Source of the DNA: Candidatus Dojkabacteria bacterium
GTDB taxonomy: Bacteria; Patescibacteriota; Dojkabacteria; JAOAGR01
Assembly: GCA_025999155.1 (NCBI GenBank)
Contig: AP026679.1
Location: 666,561-730,560, forward strand
Direction of reading: 5' to 3'
DNA: 64,000 nt
Every line of letters starts with the position of its first letter. Position 1 is the stretch's first letter. A program made the position numbers and the translations under genes. Shown one piece after another: positions 40,598 through 51,099 of this stretch. The notes beneath the pieces are model-generated. The model was not told the origin of the DNA, ran no database searches, and worked only from the letters and a program-made list of their open reading frames with translations.

Positions 40598-41251
40598 CAA
40601 TCTGTTTTTCAATTCATGTAGATCTGTTTTCCACTGGTTAACTTTTTCATCAAACCATTCGATACCTCTAAATTGTAGTTTGTATCTAGCTTTTTGATCG
40701 TGACAACTTCCAAGATAGATATATCTATAGCCTAATGCCTGGAAGTATGTCACAGCAAGTGTCATCATAAACATGCCAAAGTTAGAATTTGCTTTTTGTA
40801 ATTTATAGAACGGGTATGCGTAATGTATTATTCTAGTACCTTCGTATTCCGCTTGTAGACTGATGCAGAAACCATCTGATTCGTTGGAATCGATATATTT
40901 TAACAGTAGATTAAAGTTAAATTGCGTCGTTAATATCTCTTTAATCTTATTTGCACTAAATATATCTTTTCCGAACTTGTTTTCGTAAAACTCTTTTCCG
41001 ATCTTATGGATATGCCAATCATATTCTTGTAAGGGGACAGGTTCAAGAAATAATAAATGATTAAATTTTTTTAAAATACGTTTATTTTCGGAGCTTTGGT
41101 TATACTGACTTAAATCTACTCGAATACTGCGGACCTTTTCCATATGCCCTAAACTTACTCGAGTCATGACAAAACCATTATTGTAGGCATCCAATATAGA
41201 CTTAGAATCGTGGATATCTACATTTTGTGCACCAAAGTTTAAATATTTCAT
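40586..41251 (-). CDS. ATE1/Bpt-like aminoacyl-tRNA--protein transferase (GNAT fold)
   Basis: RSIRVDLSQY..S...KRILKK; YAYPFY....SNFGMFMM....YIYLG......YKLQF. Confidence 0.7.
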   Translation of the reverse strand: MKYLNFGAQNVDIHDSKSILDAYNNGFVMTRVSLGHMEKVRSIRVDLSQYNQSSENKRILKKFNHLLFLEPVPLQEYDWHIHKIGKEFYENKFGKDIFSANKIKEILTTQFNFNLLLKYIDSNESDGFCISLQAEYEGTRIIHYAYPFYKLQKANSNFGMFMMTLAVTYFQALGYRYIYLGSCHDQKARYKLQFRGIEWFDEKVNQWKTDLHELKNRLLLK

Positions 41252-41274
41252 ATATTATGCTATGTATATGTTAA

Positions 41275-41916
41275 TTGTATATGAAAAGAATTCTAATTTT
41301 AATCATATTTGGTGTATTGTTGAGTATTTTTCTGTCCCCAATTTTGTTCACATGGGTATATTCAGGTCGTGAAGAAACAGAAGGTGTTAGTATATTCAAA
41401 TTTGTTTCCCTAGCAGGTGATTACAATATTTTCATTGATGATGTTTTTCTTGGTACTGTACAACATCAGAAGGAGAAGGTTTTTACAGGGATTAAACCAG
41501 GTAAACGTATGTTAAGAGTGTATCGGTTGAGCGAAGTAGATAATTTCTACTTTTCATTTGTGCGAGAAGTGAGTTTTATGCCTTTTACTCAAGTCGAGCT
41601 TGAATGGGAGGCAGGGCCGACTTTAGAGTCATCGAATGGTGTCTTGAAGTATTTTACGGAGGCTTTTCATTCTAATAACGCTGAATTATTGATTGATCCG
41701 TTCCCACAGGATGCAACAATATCTATCAATAACATAAGTATTCAAAACAGGTTAGTAGAAATAACTGATACTCAAGAAAAAATAATAAGAGTGAGTCATA
41801 GTGACAGATATGTTCCAAAGGATGTCAAGATTTTATTGATCAATCCGAATACAAATGCTGTTCCACAAAATGTAAGGCTGAATATAGAAGTGTATCTTTA
41901 TAAACGACCGATCTGA
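41275..41916 (+). CDS. Membrane-anchored PEGA-like domain protein
   Basis: TM segment; YNIFIDDVFLG...IKPGKR; IDPFPQDATISIN. Confidence 0.6.
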   Translation: MYMKRILILIIFGVLLSIFLSPILFTWVYSGREETEGVSIFKFVSLAGDYNIFIDDVFLGTVQHQKEKVFTGIKPGKRMLRVYRLSEVDNFYFSFVREVSFMPFTQVELEWEAGPTLESSNGVLKYFTEAFHSNNAELLIDPFPQDATISINNISIQNRLVEITDTQEKIIRVSHSDRYVPKDVKILLINPNTNAVPQNVRLNIEVYLYKRPI

Positions 41917-41974
41917 GACCTTCTTGCAAGAAGATTAACATTTGACCGATTATCAAGTATATTAGTCTAAGTAA

Positions 41975-43717
41975 ATGTTAGTGGGTACTCCGACAATTCT
42001 AATAATTAATGGTGCAAGGACCTTAGGCTCGGCTTTGGTGCAGGTGCTGATCCAGAATGGTGCAAAAACAGTCGTTGTAGATAACTTTAATGAGAACACT
42101 GTAAGATTTATTAAAAGGTTTTCGGGAATACCTAATTTTACGTTTATAGATAGGTCAAAAATCGAGTCAATTAATGAGACCTTTAGGGATATAAAATATG
42201 TAATATATTTAGCAAATGACTTTAATCAAGAAGATAATGAGGTATCGAGTAAGCTTTTTCTCTTAGAAACTAAGTTTATAGACTACGTGCTAACTTTAGC
42301 TTTAGAGAAGAAAAGCCATTTTATTCTGGTGACTAGCATGCATCTACATAAAGATTTTATTCTGAAAAGGAATCATATTCGTAATGAGCATGTTGCATAT
42401 ACTGAATCAGACTTACAGAATTATTGTGAAAGAATAGTGTTAGAGTATTATCATAAAGTCGGTTTAAAGGCTAGAATCGCTCGACTCGCTACAGTTTATG
42501 GCCCCGAGATGGACTTAGACCAAGACATTGTCTTAAAGTCCTTGTTATTTGACGCTTTTAATAATAATCACATTCGAATTAAAGGAGATGGTTTAGAGTA
42601 TAAATACTATATATATGTTTCTGATGCTGTGAGAGGTATTTTGTATGCATTATTCACACCAAATGTGACAGGACAAATCTTCTCGATTGCAAATCCTGAG
42701 GAAATTTCGGTTTTGTCACTAGCTCATAAGATATTAAGTTGTAATGTGCAGGCTAAATCAATTAAATTTATTGCTACAGGTCAAGAATCGGAGCCACTAT
42801 ATGAACATGCCTATATTCCTGACCCGAATTTGAGTGAAATAGGTTGGAAGCCTCTAGTGCCTTTTGAGAAAGGTTTGGTGGAGCTAATCGAGTTTTACCG
42901 GCCAGCGTTTACTCAATATAATAAAGATAACGAACAATTAGACTCCTGGTATAAGGGTAATTCTTGGATTTCTGATCTCAAGATGAATTTAGATTTTAAT
43001 GATACTTTGAATCTTGCAGATAGCATATACGGCTATGAAATTGATAAGAAATATGTGCATCGAGATATTGATAGACATTTAAGACAACCCTTAGAGATGT
43101 CAGAACCTCCAATTTATCGTAATCGTAATGATGTGGCTTCAACGGCTAGTATCGAAGAACAATCGAAATACAGCCCATCTGGAATTGTGCAATTTGCGAT
43201 CAAACTTATTTGTATTATTTCTGTCATAGCCTTTTTTATTATTCCCCTAGTCAGAGTGGGTTTAATATATTATCGATTAGAAGGCATCTTGGACAAATTC
43301 GCAATGAATTCATCTAATTACAAGGAGTCCATACTAGAAGATCGGTTTAGTGAAGATTTCGATCAGAGTTTAAATACGGTTCGTTGGGCCTTATCAATGA
43401 CGGGCTATGAAAAAGACAATCAAAAAATAATTACAGGTTTGCGAGGGATTGAAGATGCTATTATGCTTTATAATAAGATCCGGCAGGACGATTTGTATAA
43501 TCTACTGAACTCGATAGGATACGTTTCTGAGAATGAGTATCTGCAATTGAAGGATATTTCGCAGCGTTCTACAGAAGCTTTAGATAAAATCAAAAATCTT
43601 GATAGTGTTCCCTTGCCTGATTCCTTAAAGACACGTATAAATATGATCAAAAGCTGGTTAGAAAGCAATATTACCTTAGCAAATGCAAAAATAGAAGCAA
43701 GGAATGACTTGTACTAA
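41975..43717 (+). CDS. Extended SDR (NAD-dependent epimerase/dehydratase-like) domain fused to a TM segment and an extracellular helical domain
   Basis: ILIINGARTLGSAL..VVVDNF, RIARLATVYGP, GDG...YIYVSDAVRG, IGWKP..FEKGL. Confidence 0.75.
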   Translation: MLVGTPTILIINGARTLGSALVQVLIQNGAKTVVVDNFNENTVRFIKRFSGIPNFTFIDRSKIESINETFRDIKYVIYLANDFNQEDNEVSSKLFLLETKFIDYVLTLALEKKSHFILVTSMHLHKDFILKRNHIRNEHVAYTESDLQNYCERIVLEYYHKVGLKARIARLATVYGPEMDLDQDIVLKSLLFDAFNNNHIRIKGDGLEYKYYIYVSDAVRGILYALFTPNVTGQIFSIANPEEISVLSLAHKILSCNVQAKSIKFIATGQESEPLYEHAYIPDPNLSEIGWKPLVPFEKGLVELIEFYRPAFTQYNKDNEQLDSWYKGNSWISDLKMNLDFNDTLNLADSIYGYEIDKKYVHRDIDRHLRQPLEMSEPPIYRNRNDVASTASIEEQSKYSPSGIVQFAIKLICIISVIAFFIIPLVRVGLIYYRLEGILDKFAMNSSNYKESILEDRFSEDFDQSLNTVRWALSMTGYEKDNQKIITGLRGIEDAIMLYNKIRQDDLYNLLNSIGYVSENEYLQLKDISQRSTEALDKIKNLDSVPLPDSLKTRINMIKSWLESNITLANAKIEARNDLY

Positions 43718-43756
43718 ATATATTTACAAACATAGTATATAATTGTATCTTTTTTC

Positions 43757-45466
43757 GTGTCGATAAACGCGTTTGTTGAATTTAGTGTAATTTTAACAGT
43801 AGCAGCATTATTAGGATCGATAGCAGTAAAGTTTAAGCAGCCACCTATACTTGGCTATATTTTAGCAGGTTTGTTATTAGGACCTCTGACAAGCTATTTT
43901 GATCCGAGAAGTGATTTAATAGAATTACTTGCTAGTATTGGTGTTACTTTCCTATTATTTACATTAGGACTTGAGTTAAATTTTTCAGAATTAAAACACG
44001 TAGGAAAAGTAGCTTTTGTGACTGGTATTGGGCAAATAGTTTTTACTTCTGTTATAGGTTATATTATTGCAATTTGGTTGGGCTTTTCTTCAATAGCGTC
44101 TTTTTTCATAGCGATTGGTCTGACTTTTAGTTCTACAATCATTATTGTCAAATTATTAGCAGCAAAAAATCAGCTAGATACCTTATATGGTCGAATTAGT
44201 GTAGGTTTTCTTTTGGTTCAGGATTTCATTGCGATATTAATTTTGATAGGAATTTCTGCAATTAAAAACGTTGACGCGTCATCGATAGTCAATGTTGGTG
44301 TTAGTTTATTTTTAGCTTTAGTGAAAGCTATAATCGTTTTGGCTATAGCTTTTGTACTTACAAGATATCTTTTAAATCCTTTATTAGATTCTTTAAAGAA
44401 TGAAAAAGAAGTAATTTTTTTAATAACACTTGCTTGGGCGTTATTTTTAGCTGCTGTATATAATTCTGAGCACATTGGTTTTACTAAAGAAGTTGGAGGT
44501 TTAATTGCAGGAATTTTATTATCAAATAGATTTGAGCAACTACAATTAGAAAGTTGGACAAGACCATTACGCGATTTTTTTCTTGCATTGTTTTTCGTTT
44601 TATTAGGAGCAAATATTCATGTGTCATCATTATCTGATGCGTTACTACCCACTATAATCTTTTCTATATTTGTTTTAATAGGGAATCCGCTTATTGTTAT
44701 GATATTAATGGGATGGTTAGGTTATACGAAGAAAACCAGCTTTCTGACAAGTCTTGCCGTTGCTCAGATATCGGAGTTTAGTTTGATTCTCGTCGGTTAT
44801 GCTTATACCTCGTTAGGTGTCGTTGATAATGTGACTTTGGCTATAATGGCACTTGTAGGTGGTATAACAATGACGCTTTCTTCATATATGATCTATTACA
44901 ATGAGAAATTGTATTCGGTTTTATCAAAATACTTAGGACTTTTTGAATTTAAAAAAACACTCATATCAGCAGATAGCGATTTGAAAAATACAAATTTATC
45001 AAAGAAAATAGTACTTTTTGGATGTCATAGAATGGGACGTCATTTTCTTCTAAACCTTGACCATCATAAAAGCGACATTTTAATTGTTGATATTGATCCT
45101 CAAAATGTTCACGAATTAAAAGAAATGGGTTATGACGTGATTTACGCTGATATGTCAGACAGCATGATGTACCCTTTTTTTCATTTGGATAATGCTGAAA
45201 TTGTCATTTCTACAGTACCAAGTATAAAAGAAAATCTAAAGCTTTTGGACTTCATAAGGGATTTACAGAATAAACCTATAATAATAGTTACCGCAAATAA
45301 TAATCATGATGTTGTTAAATTGTATGATGCCGGAGCAGATTTTGTAGTGTATCCGCATTTAGTTAGCAGTGAGTTATTGGCTAAAATTGCGAAAAAAGGT
45401 AAGCTCGATAAGAAACTTGTAAAGTCTAGAACAATGCATATGGAAAAATTATCAAAGATTGTCTAG
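43757..45466 (+). CDS. Kef-type cation:proton antiporter (CPA2) with a TrkA_N domain
   Basis: QPPILGYILAG, LLFTLGLE, FSSTIII, LLVQD, QISEF, FGCHRMG. Confidence 0.92.
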   Translation: MSINAFVEFSVILTVAALLGSIAVKFKQPPILGYILAGLLLGPLTSYFDPRSDLIELLASIGVTFLLFTLGLELNFSELKHVGKVAFVTGIGQIVFTSVIGYIIAIWLGFSSIASFFIAIGLTFSSTIIIVKLLAAKNQLDTLYGRISVGFLLVQDFIAILILIGISAIKNVDASSIVNVGVSLFLALVKAIIVLAIAFVLTRYLLNPLLDSLKNEKEVIFLITLAWALFLAAVYNSEHIGFTKEVGGLIAGILLSNRFEQLQLESWTRPLRDFFLALFFVLLGANIHVSSLSDALLPTIIFSIFVLIGNPLIVMILMGWLGYTKKTSFLTSLAVAQISEFSLILVGYAYTSLGVVDNVTLAIMALVGGITMTLSSYMIYYNEKLYSVLSKYLGLFEFKKTLISADSDLKNTNLSKKIVLFGCHRMGRHFLLNLDHHKSDILIVDIDPQNVHELKEMGYDVIYADMSDSMMYPFFHLDNAEIVISTVPSIKENLKLLDFIRDLQNKPIIIVTANNNHDVVKLYDAGADFVVYPHLVSSELLAKIAKKGKLDKKLVKSRTMHMEKLSKIV

Positions 45467-45982
45467 ATACTCTTGTAATAAAATTCTAGCACTTTCACTG
45501 TCGACATTCTTTGTTATGTTTTTTTTGGATATATTCATACTTTTAAGGTTGTGGATAGCTATTTGTGATGTTAAAGTCTCATCTACATATTCTATTGGGC
45601 AGAATATTTTTTTTGACACAAGAAATTTATTAAATGATTCAAAAAAACGACGTATAACCTTGGCTTGTCTACCTTCGGTAATTTGTTTTGTTTGGGGATC
45701 AATAATTTTAGGAATCCCTACAATTATTTTTTCTGGGTAATAATAGTTTATGTAATGAAGCATTTTATTGAAGAGTTTTTGTTTTTCTAATTTAGCTGTG
45801 GATCGGAAAGACCGAGTAGTTTGTGTTGTTGTGTTGCTAACCTGAATATTTTTTTTGTTACGATTTGGCGATTTTGATGGTATATTGTTACTAATGTATT
45901 TTAAAGCAATTGCGTACCTTTGAGTTTCATTACTCACTGCCACTCCTATTCTTTTTTCACCATAATCAAATGCGATTATCAT
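45452..45982 (-). CDS. ruvX: YqgF/RuvX pre-16S rRNA nuclease family protein
   Basis: AFDYGEKRIGVAVS, IVGIP, VDETLTS, VDSESARILLQEYL; about 30-aa basic insert. Confidence 0.9.
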   Translation of the reverse strand: MIIAFDYGEKRIGVAVSNETQRYAIALKYISNNIPSKSPNRNKKNIQVSNTTTQTTRSFRSTAKLEKQKLFNKMLHYINYYYPEKIIVGIPKIIDPQTKQITEGRQAKVIRRFFESFNKFLVSKKIFCPIEYVDETLTSQIAIHNLKSMNISKKNITKNVDSESARILLQEYLDNL

Positions 45983-45990
45983 ATCTATAA

Positions 45991-47796
45991 TTATATCTTT
46001 CTCAGTTTTCGCGCTAGATTTTCGGCTTCATTTAATAAATCCTCAACTTCGGTAAGTCCTTCGTCCCAGAATCGTTTATCGGATATATCTATCCCTATAT
46101 CATTAAATATTGCTTTTGGTGATTTTGAAGACCCAGCAGATAAAAACGCTTTAACTTTATTTATTTCTTTTGGATTGTTTTTCACACGGCGTTGTAGAGC
46201 CTTAGAAATTAAGCGTCCAATTGCGTATGAGTAGTATTTGTAAACATAAAAATAATACCCTTTGAGCCAGTATAACCACCAATTCTGACTATACTTATCA
46301 AACAAAACAGCATCTCCCATATAATCTCGCATGTTTTTGACAAACAGTTCTCCTATTCTTTGAGAAGACAGGTAACCTTCTTTTCTAAATGCGTTATGTA
46401 AATCTTGTTCAAGTGTGTAGTATGCGACTCGTGGGAATATCGTACTAATTTCATCGTTTAGTTTGGACATTATAATAGCGAGGCGTTCTTCATTATTTGC
46501 TTCTTTTAATATAGCTGGGAATACGAAATCTTCCATGAATGTACTTGCCACTTCAGAAGTCGAAGTAGGAGTTTCAAAAATTAAAGCATTTTGTGTTTTT
46601 TTGCTTAACTCATTATGAATTCCGTGACCTAACTCATGAGCAAATGTAAGAACATCGTTTAATCTGTTGTTATGGTTCAAAAGTATGTATGTAGGATCAT
46701 TTAAAAGATTGTGCACGCAGAAAGCCCCGTAATTTTTGTCTTTTTTTGGGTATACGTCAATCTGACCGTTCTGATTGTACATTTCCAAGATATCACCAAA
46801 CTCTTCATCAAGGTTCTGTAGTACATTCTTAACAAGAGTAAAGGATTGTTCATATGTGTATTTAGTCTCTTTAGATCCGTACTCTACGTTACATTCGGCA
46901 AAAGTAATTTTTTCCACTCCTAGTAACCTTGCTTTTAGTTCATAGTAACGCCGAGATATGTAATATTTGCGACGGACTGATTCAAGTAGTGTGTCAATAA
47001 CGTCGGTTTCTATGTCACCAGCAAGGAGTCTACCTCTGTCGGGACGGTCAAAACCTCTTAGTTCATCATTAATTTTTGCATACTGGAGTATAGCGTTTAC
47101 TACCCTTTCAGCAATATCGACGTATTTTTGCTGAATTTTATTAAGAGCCTTAGCAGCTGACTCTCTGGTAGCTTTGTCATTATCTGATAGTAAGATTACT
47201 ATTTGAGACAGTGGTAGCTTCCTTTTGCCATCCGTTGTTACAACATAACGCTCTTCTTGGTCTAAGAGAGCCTCCATCATATCAACCCAATCGAAGTAGC
47301 TAGATTTCTTAAATAGATTAATAATCTGTTCTTCTTTTTCGGACAGTATATAATCTGCCTGAGTAAATAACTTCTCAAGGTAGTGCTTATAAGGTTTTAG
47401 CGTTTCTGATTGTAAAAATTCATTCCGTTTATCTTTAGGAATTTTGCTTATCGATAATTGAAAAAACACTAAAGCGTCACGTTGATCTTCGTTGATAACC
47501 TTATTTTCTAATGCTTTGAGCGTGGGATTGCTCCGATCTAAAGCCCTGCTAAGTAGCACAAAATAATTAGCCTTTCCTGCTGTGCCATAGTATCGCATTA
47601 ATTTTTCATAATCATCTAATGCTACTCTAAGAATATGAGGATTCTCTAGATAATCAGATCGATTTTTCCACTTTTCTACAAACGCATTTACGTTCTCAGA
47701 GACTTCTTTTAGGTGAGTTAATATATTGTTTTCGTCAATATCTTTAAATAGGTGTGATAAATCCCACTGTGTGCGAATTTGAATTTGTTGATGCAT
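45991..47796 (-). CDS. pepF: Oligoendopeptidase F (M3B), diverged copy
   Basis: WDLS, GAFC, AHELGHG, EVASTFME. Confidence 0.9.
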   Translation of the reverse strand: MHQQIQIRTQWDLSHLFKDIDENNILTHLKEVSENVNAFVEKWKNRSDYLENPHILRVALDDYEKLMRYYGTAGKANYFVLLSRALDRSNPTLKALENKVINEDQRDALVFFQLSISKIPKDKRNEFLQSETLKPYKHYLEKLFTQADYILSEKEEQIINLFKKSSYFDWVDMMEALLDQEERYVVTTDGKRKLPLSQIVILLSDNDKATRESAAKALNKIQQKYVDIAERVVNAILQYAKINDELRGFDRPDRGRLLAGDIETDVIDTLLESVRRKYYISRRYYELKARLLGVEKITFAECNVEYGSKETKYTYEQSFTLVKNVLQNLDEEFGDILEMYNQNGQIDVYPKKDKNYGAFCVHNLLNDPTYILLNHNNRLNDVLTFAHELGHGIHNELSKKTQNALIFETPTSTSEVASTFMEDFVFPAILKEANNEERLAIIMSKLNDEISTIFPRVAYYTLEQDLHNAFRKEGYLSSQRIGELFVKNMRDYMGDAVLFDKYSQNWWLYWLKGYYFYVYKYYSYAIGRLISKALQRRVKNNPKEINKVKAFLSAGSSKSPKAIFNDIGIDISDKRFWDEGLTEVEDLLNEAENLARKLRKI

Positions 47797-47967
47797 ACTT
47801 TTTCTAGTCTAACATGTTAATTGTTATATTAACAACATCTGTATTGACATTATGACATTAGAAACTATTATTTAGCTTACTTGTTATTTACATGCAATAA
47901 AGTAAACGATTTTTGGTTCATGTAAGTTCTGATTTTTTGTACAGCATTTATAAAATTGCTTCGATGC

Positions 47968-48456
47968 TTATATGAGTACATCTTTTATTATGTTTTTTCT
48001 GGATAGATTCATACTTTTAATATCGCGGATAGCTATTTCTGATGTTAAAGTTTCATCCACGTATTCTATTGGACAGTTTACGCTTTTTGATAAAAGAAAT
48101 TTGTGAAATAAGTTAAAAAATCTGCGTATCGTTTTTGCTTGTCTACCTTCAGTGATTTGTCCTGTGCGAATATCCCAGACTTTAGGTATTCCTATAATAA
48201 TTTTTTCCGGATAGTAATAGTTGATATAGTAAAGCATTCTATTGAGTAACTTCTGTCTTTCTATTCTTATTTGAGCTCTCAGGGATTATGTAATTTGTGC
48301 TGTTGTGCTACCACCTTGAAACTTTCTTACGCTATACTCTTTAGACGTTACTAGTATCTTGTTGGACATGTATTTTAAAACAATCGCATATTTACCTGTT
48401 TAATCACTTCCCGCTACACCCATTTTCCTTTCACCATAGTCAAATGCTATTATCAT
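47968..48456 (-). pseudogene. ruvX: ruvX/yqgF pseudogene
   Basis: MIIAFDYGERKMGVAGSD*TGKYAI...; in-frame TAA at 48400-48402 and 48286-48288; C-terminal DS..A motif lost. Confidence 0.9.
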
Positions 48457-48465
48457 TATTTATGT

Positions 48466-50271
48466 CTATATCTTTTTTAATTTTATCGCTAATTGTTCAG
48501 CTTCACCTAGTAAATCTTCTATCTCGGCAAGTCCTTCATACCAGAATTTTTTATCTGATATGTTGATACCGATATCGTTAAATATATCTTTAGGCGACTT
48601 TGATGATCCTGCAGATAAAAAGTATTTGACTTTATTTATTTCTTCAGGATTATTTTTTACTCGGCGTTGGAGAGCCTTGGAGATTAATAGTCCGCTAGCG
48701 TATGAATACACGTAAAAATAGTATCTTATATGAGACCAATACAACCACCAATTTTCACTTCCAGCATCAAATGAAACTGCATCACCCATATAGTCTCTCA
48801 TATTTTTAATAAATAACTCTCCAATTCTTTTATAGGATACATAACCCTCTTTTCTAAATGTTTGATGCAAATCTTGTTCAAAAGTATAGCAAGCTATTTG
48901 TCGAAATATAGTACTAACTTCATCATTAAGTTTTGACATGAGGAGAGCAAGACGTTCTTCATAATTTGCACCTCTTAGTATTGATTGAAGTACAAAATCT
49001 TCCATGAACGTACTGGCTACCTCTGCAGTAGAAGTAGGTGTTGAAAAATTTAAAGCATTCTGGGTCTTTTTGATTAATTCATTATTTATTCCATGGCCTA
49101 CTTCATGAGCCAAAGTTAAAACATCGTTCAATCGGTTATTATGGTTTAAAAGTATATATGTTGGATCAGTTAACAGATTGTGAGAACAGAAAGCACCATG
49201 CGTCTTTCCTTTTTTTGAATATGCATCAATCTGACCATTCTCATTATACATTTGTATTATATCTCCAAATTCTGGATCAAGGTTATGAAGTACGTTTCTG
49301 ACCATATCATAAGCTTGTTCATAAGTGTATTGAGTTTCTAAAGTACCATATTCGACATTCCGCTCTGCGTAACTTATTTTGCTCACTCCTAATAATTTAG
49401 CTTTGAGTGCATAATATCTTTGAGAGATAGAATATTTTTTTGTTACTGCATCTATTAGAGCATCTACGACTTCGCTTTCAATATCGTCATTCAAATGTCT
49501 ATTTTTGTCGGGGCGTTCTAATCCTCTTATTTCATCCTCAATTTTTGCATACTCAAGTACAGCATTCAGTTCTCTCTCTGCAATATGAACATATTTTTGA
49601 AGAATATCATTCAAAGCTTTAGCCGCAGAATCTCTGACGGTTTTATTTCTGTCTGATAAGAGACTTGTTATTTTAGAAAAGGGCAATTTCTTTTTGCCAT
49701 TTTCTGTAAACACATAACGTTGTTCTTGTGCCAACAGGCTTTCAATCATATCGACCCAATCCGAATAGCTAGTTTTTTCAAAGAGGTTTACGATCTGCTC
49801 TTCTTTTTCAGAAAGCATATAAGCAGCCTTTGCGAATATTTTCTCGAGATAATGTTTATAATTTTCTAAGGCTTGCGATTGTAAAAATTTATTTTGTTTA
49901 TCTTTTTGAATTGTACTTATAGCTAGTGTAAAAAAGACTAAAGCGTTTGCATTTCGTTGACTTTCATAGACGACTTTATTTTCTAATGCCTTTAGTGCAG
50001 GATTATTTTGATCTAAAGCCCGACTCAGATGTATAAAATACGCCGCTTTCCCTGCCGTACCATAATAATGCATCAATTTCTCATAATCATCCAGTGCTTC
50101 TCGAAGAATCATTGGATCCTCCAGAAAATCAGTACGATTTTTCCATTTTGCTACAAATGCTTCTACATTTTGTGTCACTTCTTTCATGTGAGCTAATATG
50201 CTTTTCTCATCGATATCTTCAAACAGTTGTGATAAATCCCATTGTGCCCTGATTTGTCGTTCTTGCCTCAT
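48466..50271 (-). CDS. pepF: Oligoendopeptidase F (M3B)
   Basis: AHEVGHG, AEVASTFME, IFRQIA, WSHIRYYFYVYSYASG; ATG at 50271. Confidence 0.93.
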   Translation of the reverse strand: MRQERQIRAQWDLSQLFEDIDEKSILAHMKEVTQNVEAFVAKWKNRTDFLEDPMILREALDDYEKLMHYYGTAGKAAYFIHLSRALDQNNPALKALENKVVYESQRNANALVFFTLAISTIQKDKQNKFLQSQALENYKHYLEKIFAKAAYMLSEKEEQIVNLFEKTSYSDWVDMIESLLAQEQRYVFTENGKKKLPFSKITSLLSDRNKTVRDSAAKALNDILQKYVHIAERELNAVLEYAKIEDEIRGLERPDKNRHLNDDIESEVVDALIDAVTKKYSISQRYYALKAKLLGVSKISYAERNVEYGTLETQYTYEQAYDMVRNVLHNLDPEFGDIIQMYNENGQIDAYSKKGKTHGAFCSHNLLTDPTYILLNHNNRLNDVLTLAHEVGHGINNELIKKTQNALNFSTPTSTAEVASTFMEDFVLQSILRGANYEERLALLMSKLNDEVSTIFRQIACYTFEQDLHQTFRKEGYVSYKRIGELFIKNMRDYMGDAVSFDAGSENWWLYWSHIRYYFYVYSYASGLLISKALQRRVKNNPEEINKVKYFLSAGSSKSPKDIFNDIGINISDKKFWYEGLAEIEDLLGEAEQLAIKLKKI

Positions 50272-50420
50272 GTTCAAAATCTAACATTTATATGAAAGTC
50301 TGTAAACTGATTCGAATTTTATGAAAATCTTTGCATCGCAATATATAGGTTTCTTAGCTGATGAAATTTCTCTTTTTATAATAAAATTAATAAAATTAAT
50401 AAAATAAAAAGCCATTTCTG

Positions 50421-51071
50421 ATGAATACTAAAATCAGTAAAATTCATGGCATAATTTTGAATAAAGTTCCTTTTGGAGAAAAAGATATGATTTTTAATTT
50501 ATTGGACGAAGATGGTGATCGCAAAGCTTTTTTTGTGAGAGGAGTGCAGAATCTCAAAAGTAAGTTTGTCGGATACATACAAATTGGATATGTTTTACAC
50601 ATAGTCTGTACGAAAGGAAAAAATTTTTTCTATCCTCAGGAAATGCATTTAGATCTAGGGAACATATTTGATTTTTATAAAAAAAGTATCGATCATCTCA
50701 ATTGTTATTTAGACTTGGTGAATATAGCAGCATCCATTAGCCGGGATATACATTCGAAAGATTTGTATCAGAAATTATTATCATCGTTATCAGCTCTGCA
50801 ACAAAGTACAGATAGTTTAGAAAAAATATATAATGATTACATTGAATTCTGCATCAAATCATATGGTATAAAATTAACAGAATTAGAATTAATTGAGCAA
50901 CAGGGAGGATATTTTTACTATCATTTTGCCTCTAATAATGTTTTTTTGCATACTCATAAGCCAGCATCAATAGATGTTCAGTTAATCCGCTTTGATTTGA
51001 AATTTAAGAAATTCTATTTACAAAAATGTTTTTATAACTACATAGATAATCATATCAAATTAAAATTTTAG
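50421..51071 (+). CDS. recO: DNA repair protein RecO (divergent)
   Basis: GIILNKVPFGEKDMIFNLL..DG....FVRGV...KSKF (RecO_N). Confidence 0.75.
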   Translation: MNTKISKIHGIILNKVPFGEKDMIFNLLDEDGDRKAFFVRGVQNLKSKFVGYIQIGYVLHIVCTKGKNFFYPQEMHLDLGNIFDFYKKSIDHLNCYLDLVNIAASISRDIHSKDLYQKLLSSLSALQQSTDSLEKIYNDYIEFCIKSYGIKLTELELIEQQGGYFYYHFASNNVFLHTHKPASIDVQLIRFDLKFKKFYLQKCFYNYIDNHIKLKF

Positions 51072-51099
51072 TTTAGAATTTATAATCTGCTATAATTAG

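Noticed and set aside
47968-48456. Stop-codon reassignment explaining the in-frame stops
   Set aside because: The stops are TAA, which ends many genuine genes here; TGA also terminates genes such as clpC and htpX; the C-terminus is degraded as well.
50378-50410. ATAAAATTA repeated about three times upstream of recO
   Set aside because: Low-complexity AT-only repeat; no function can be supported.
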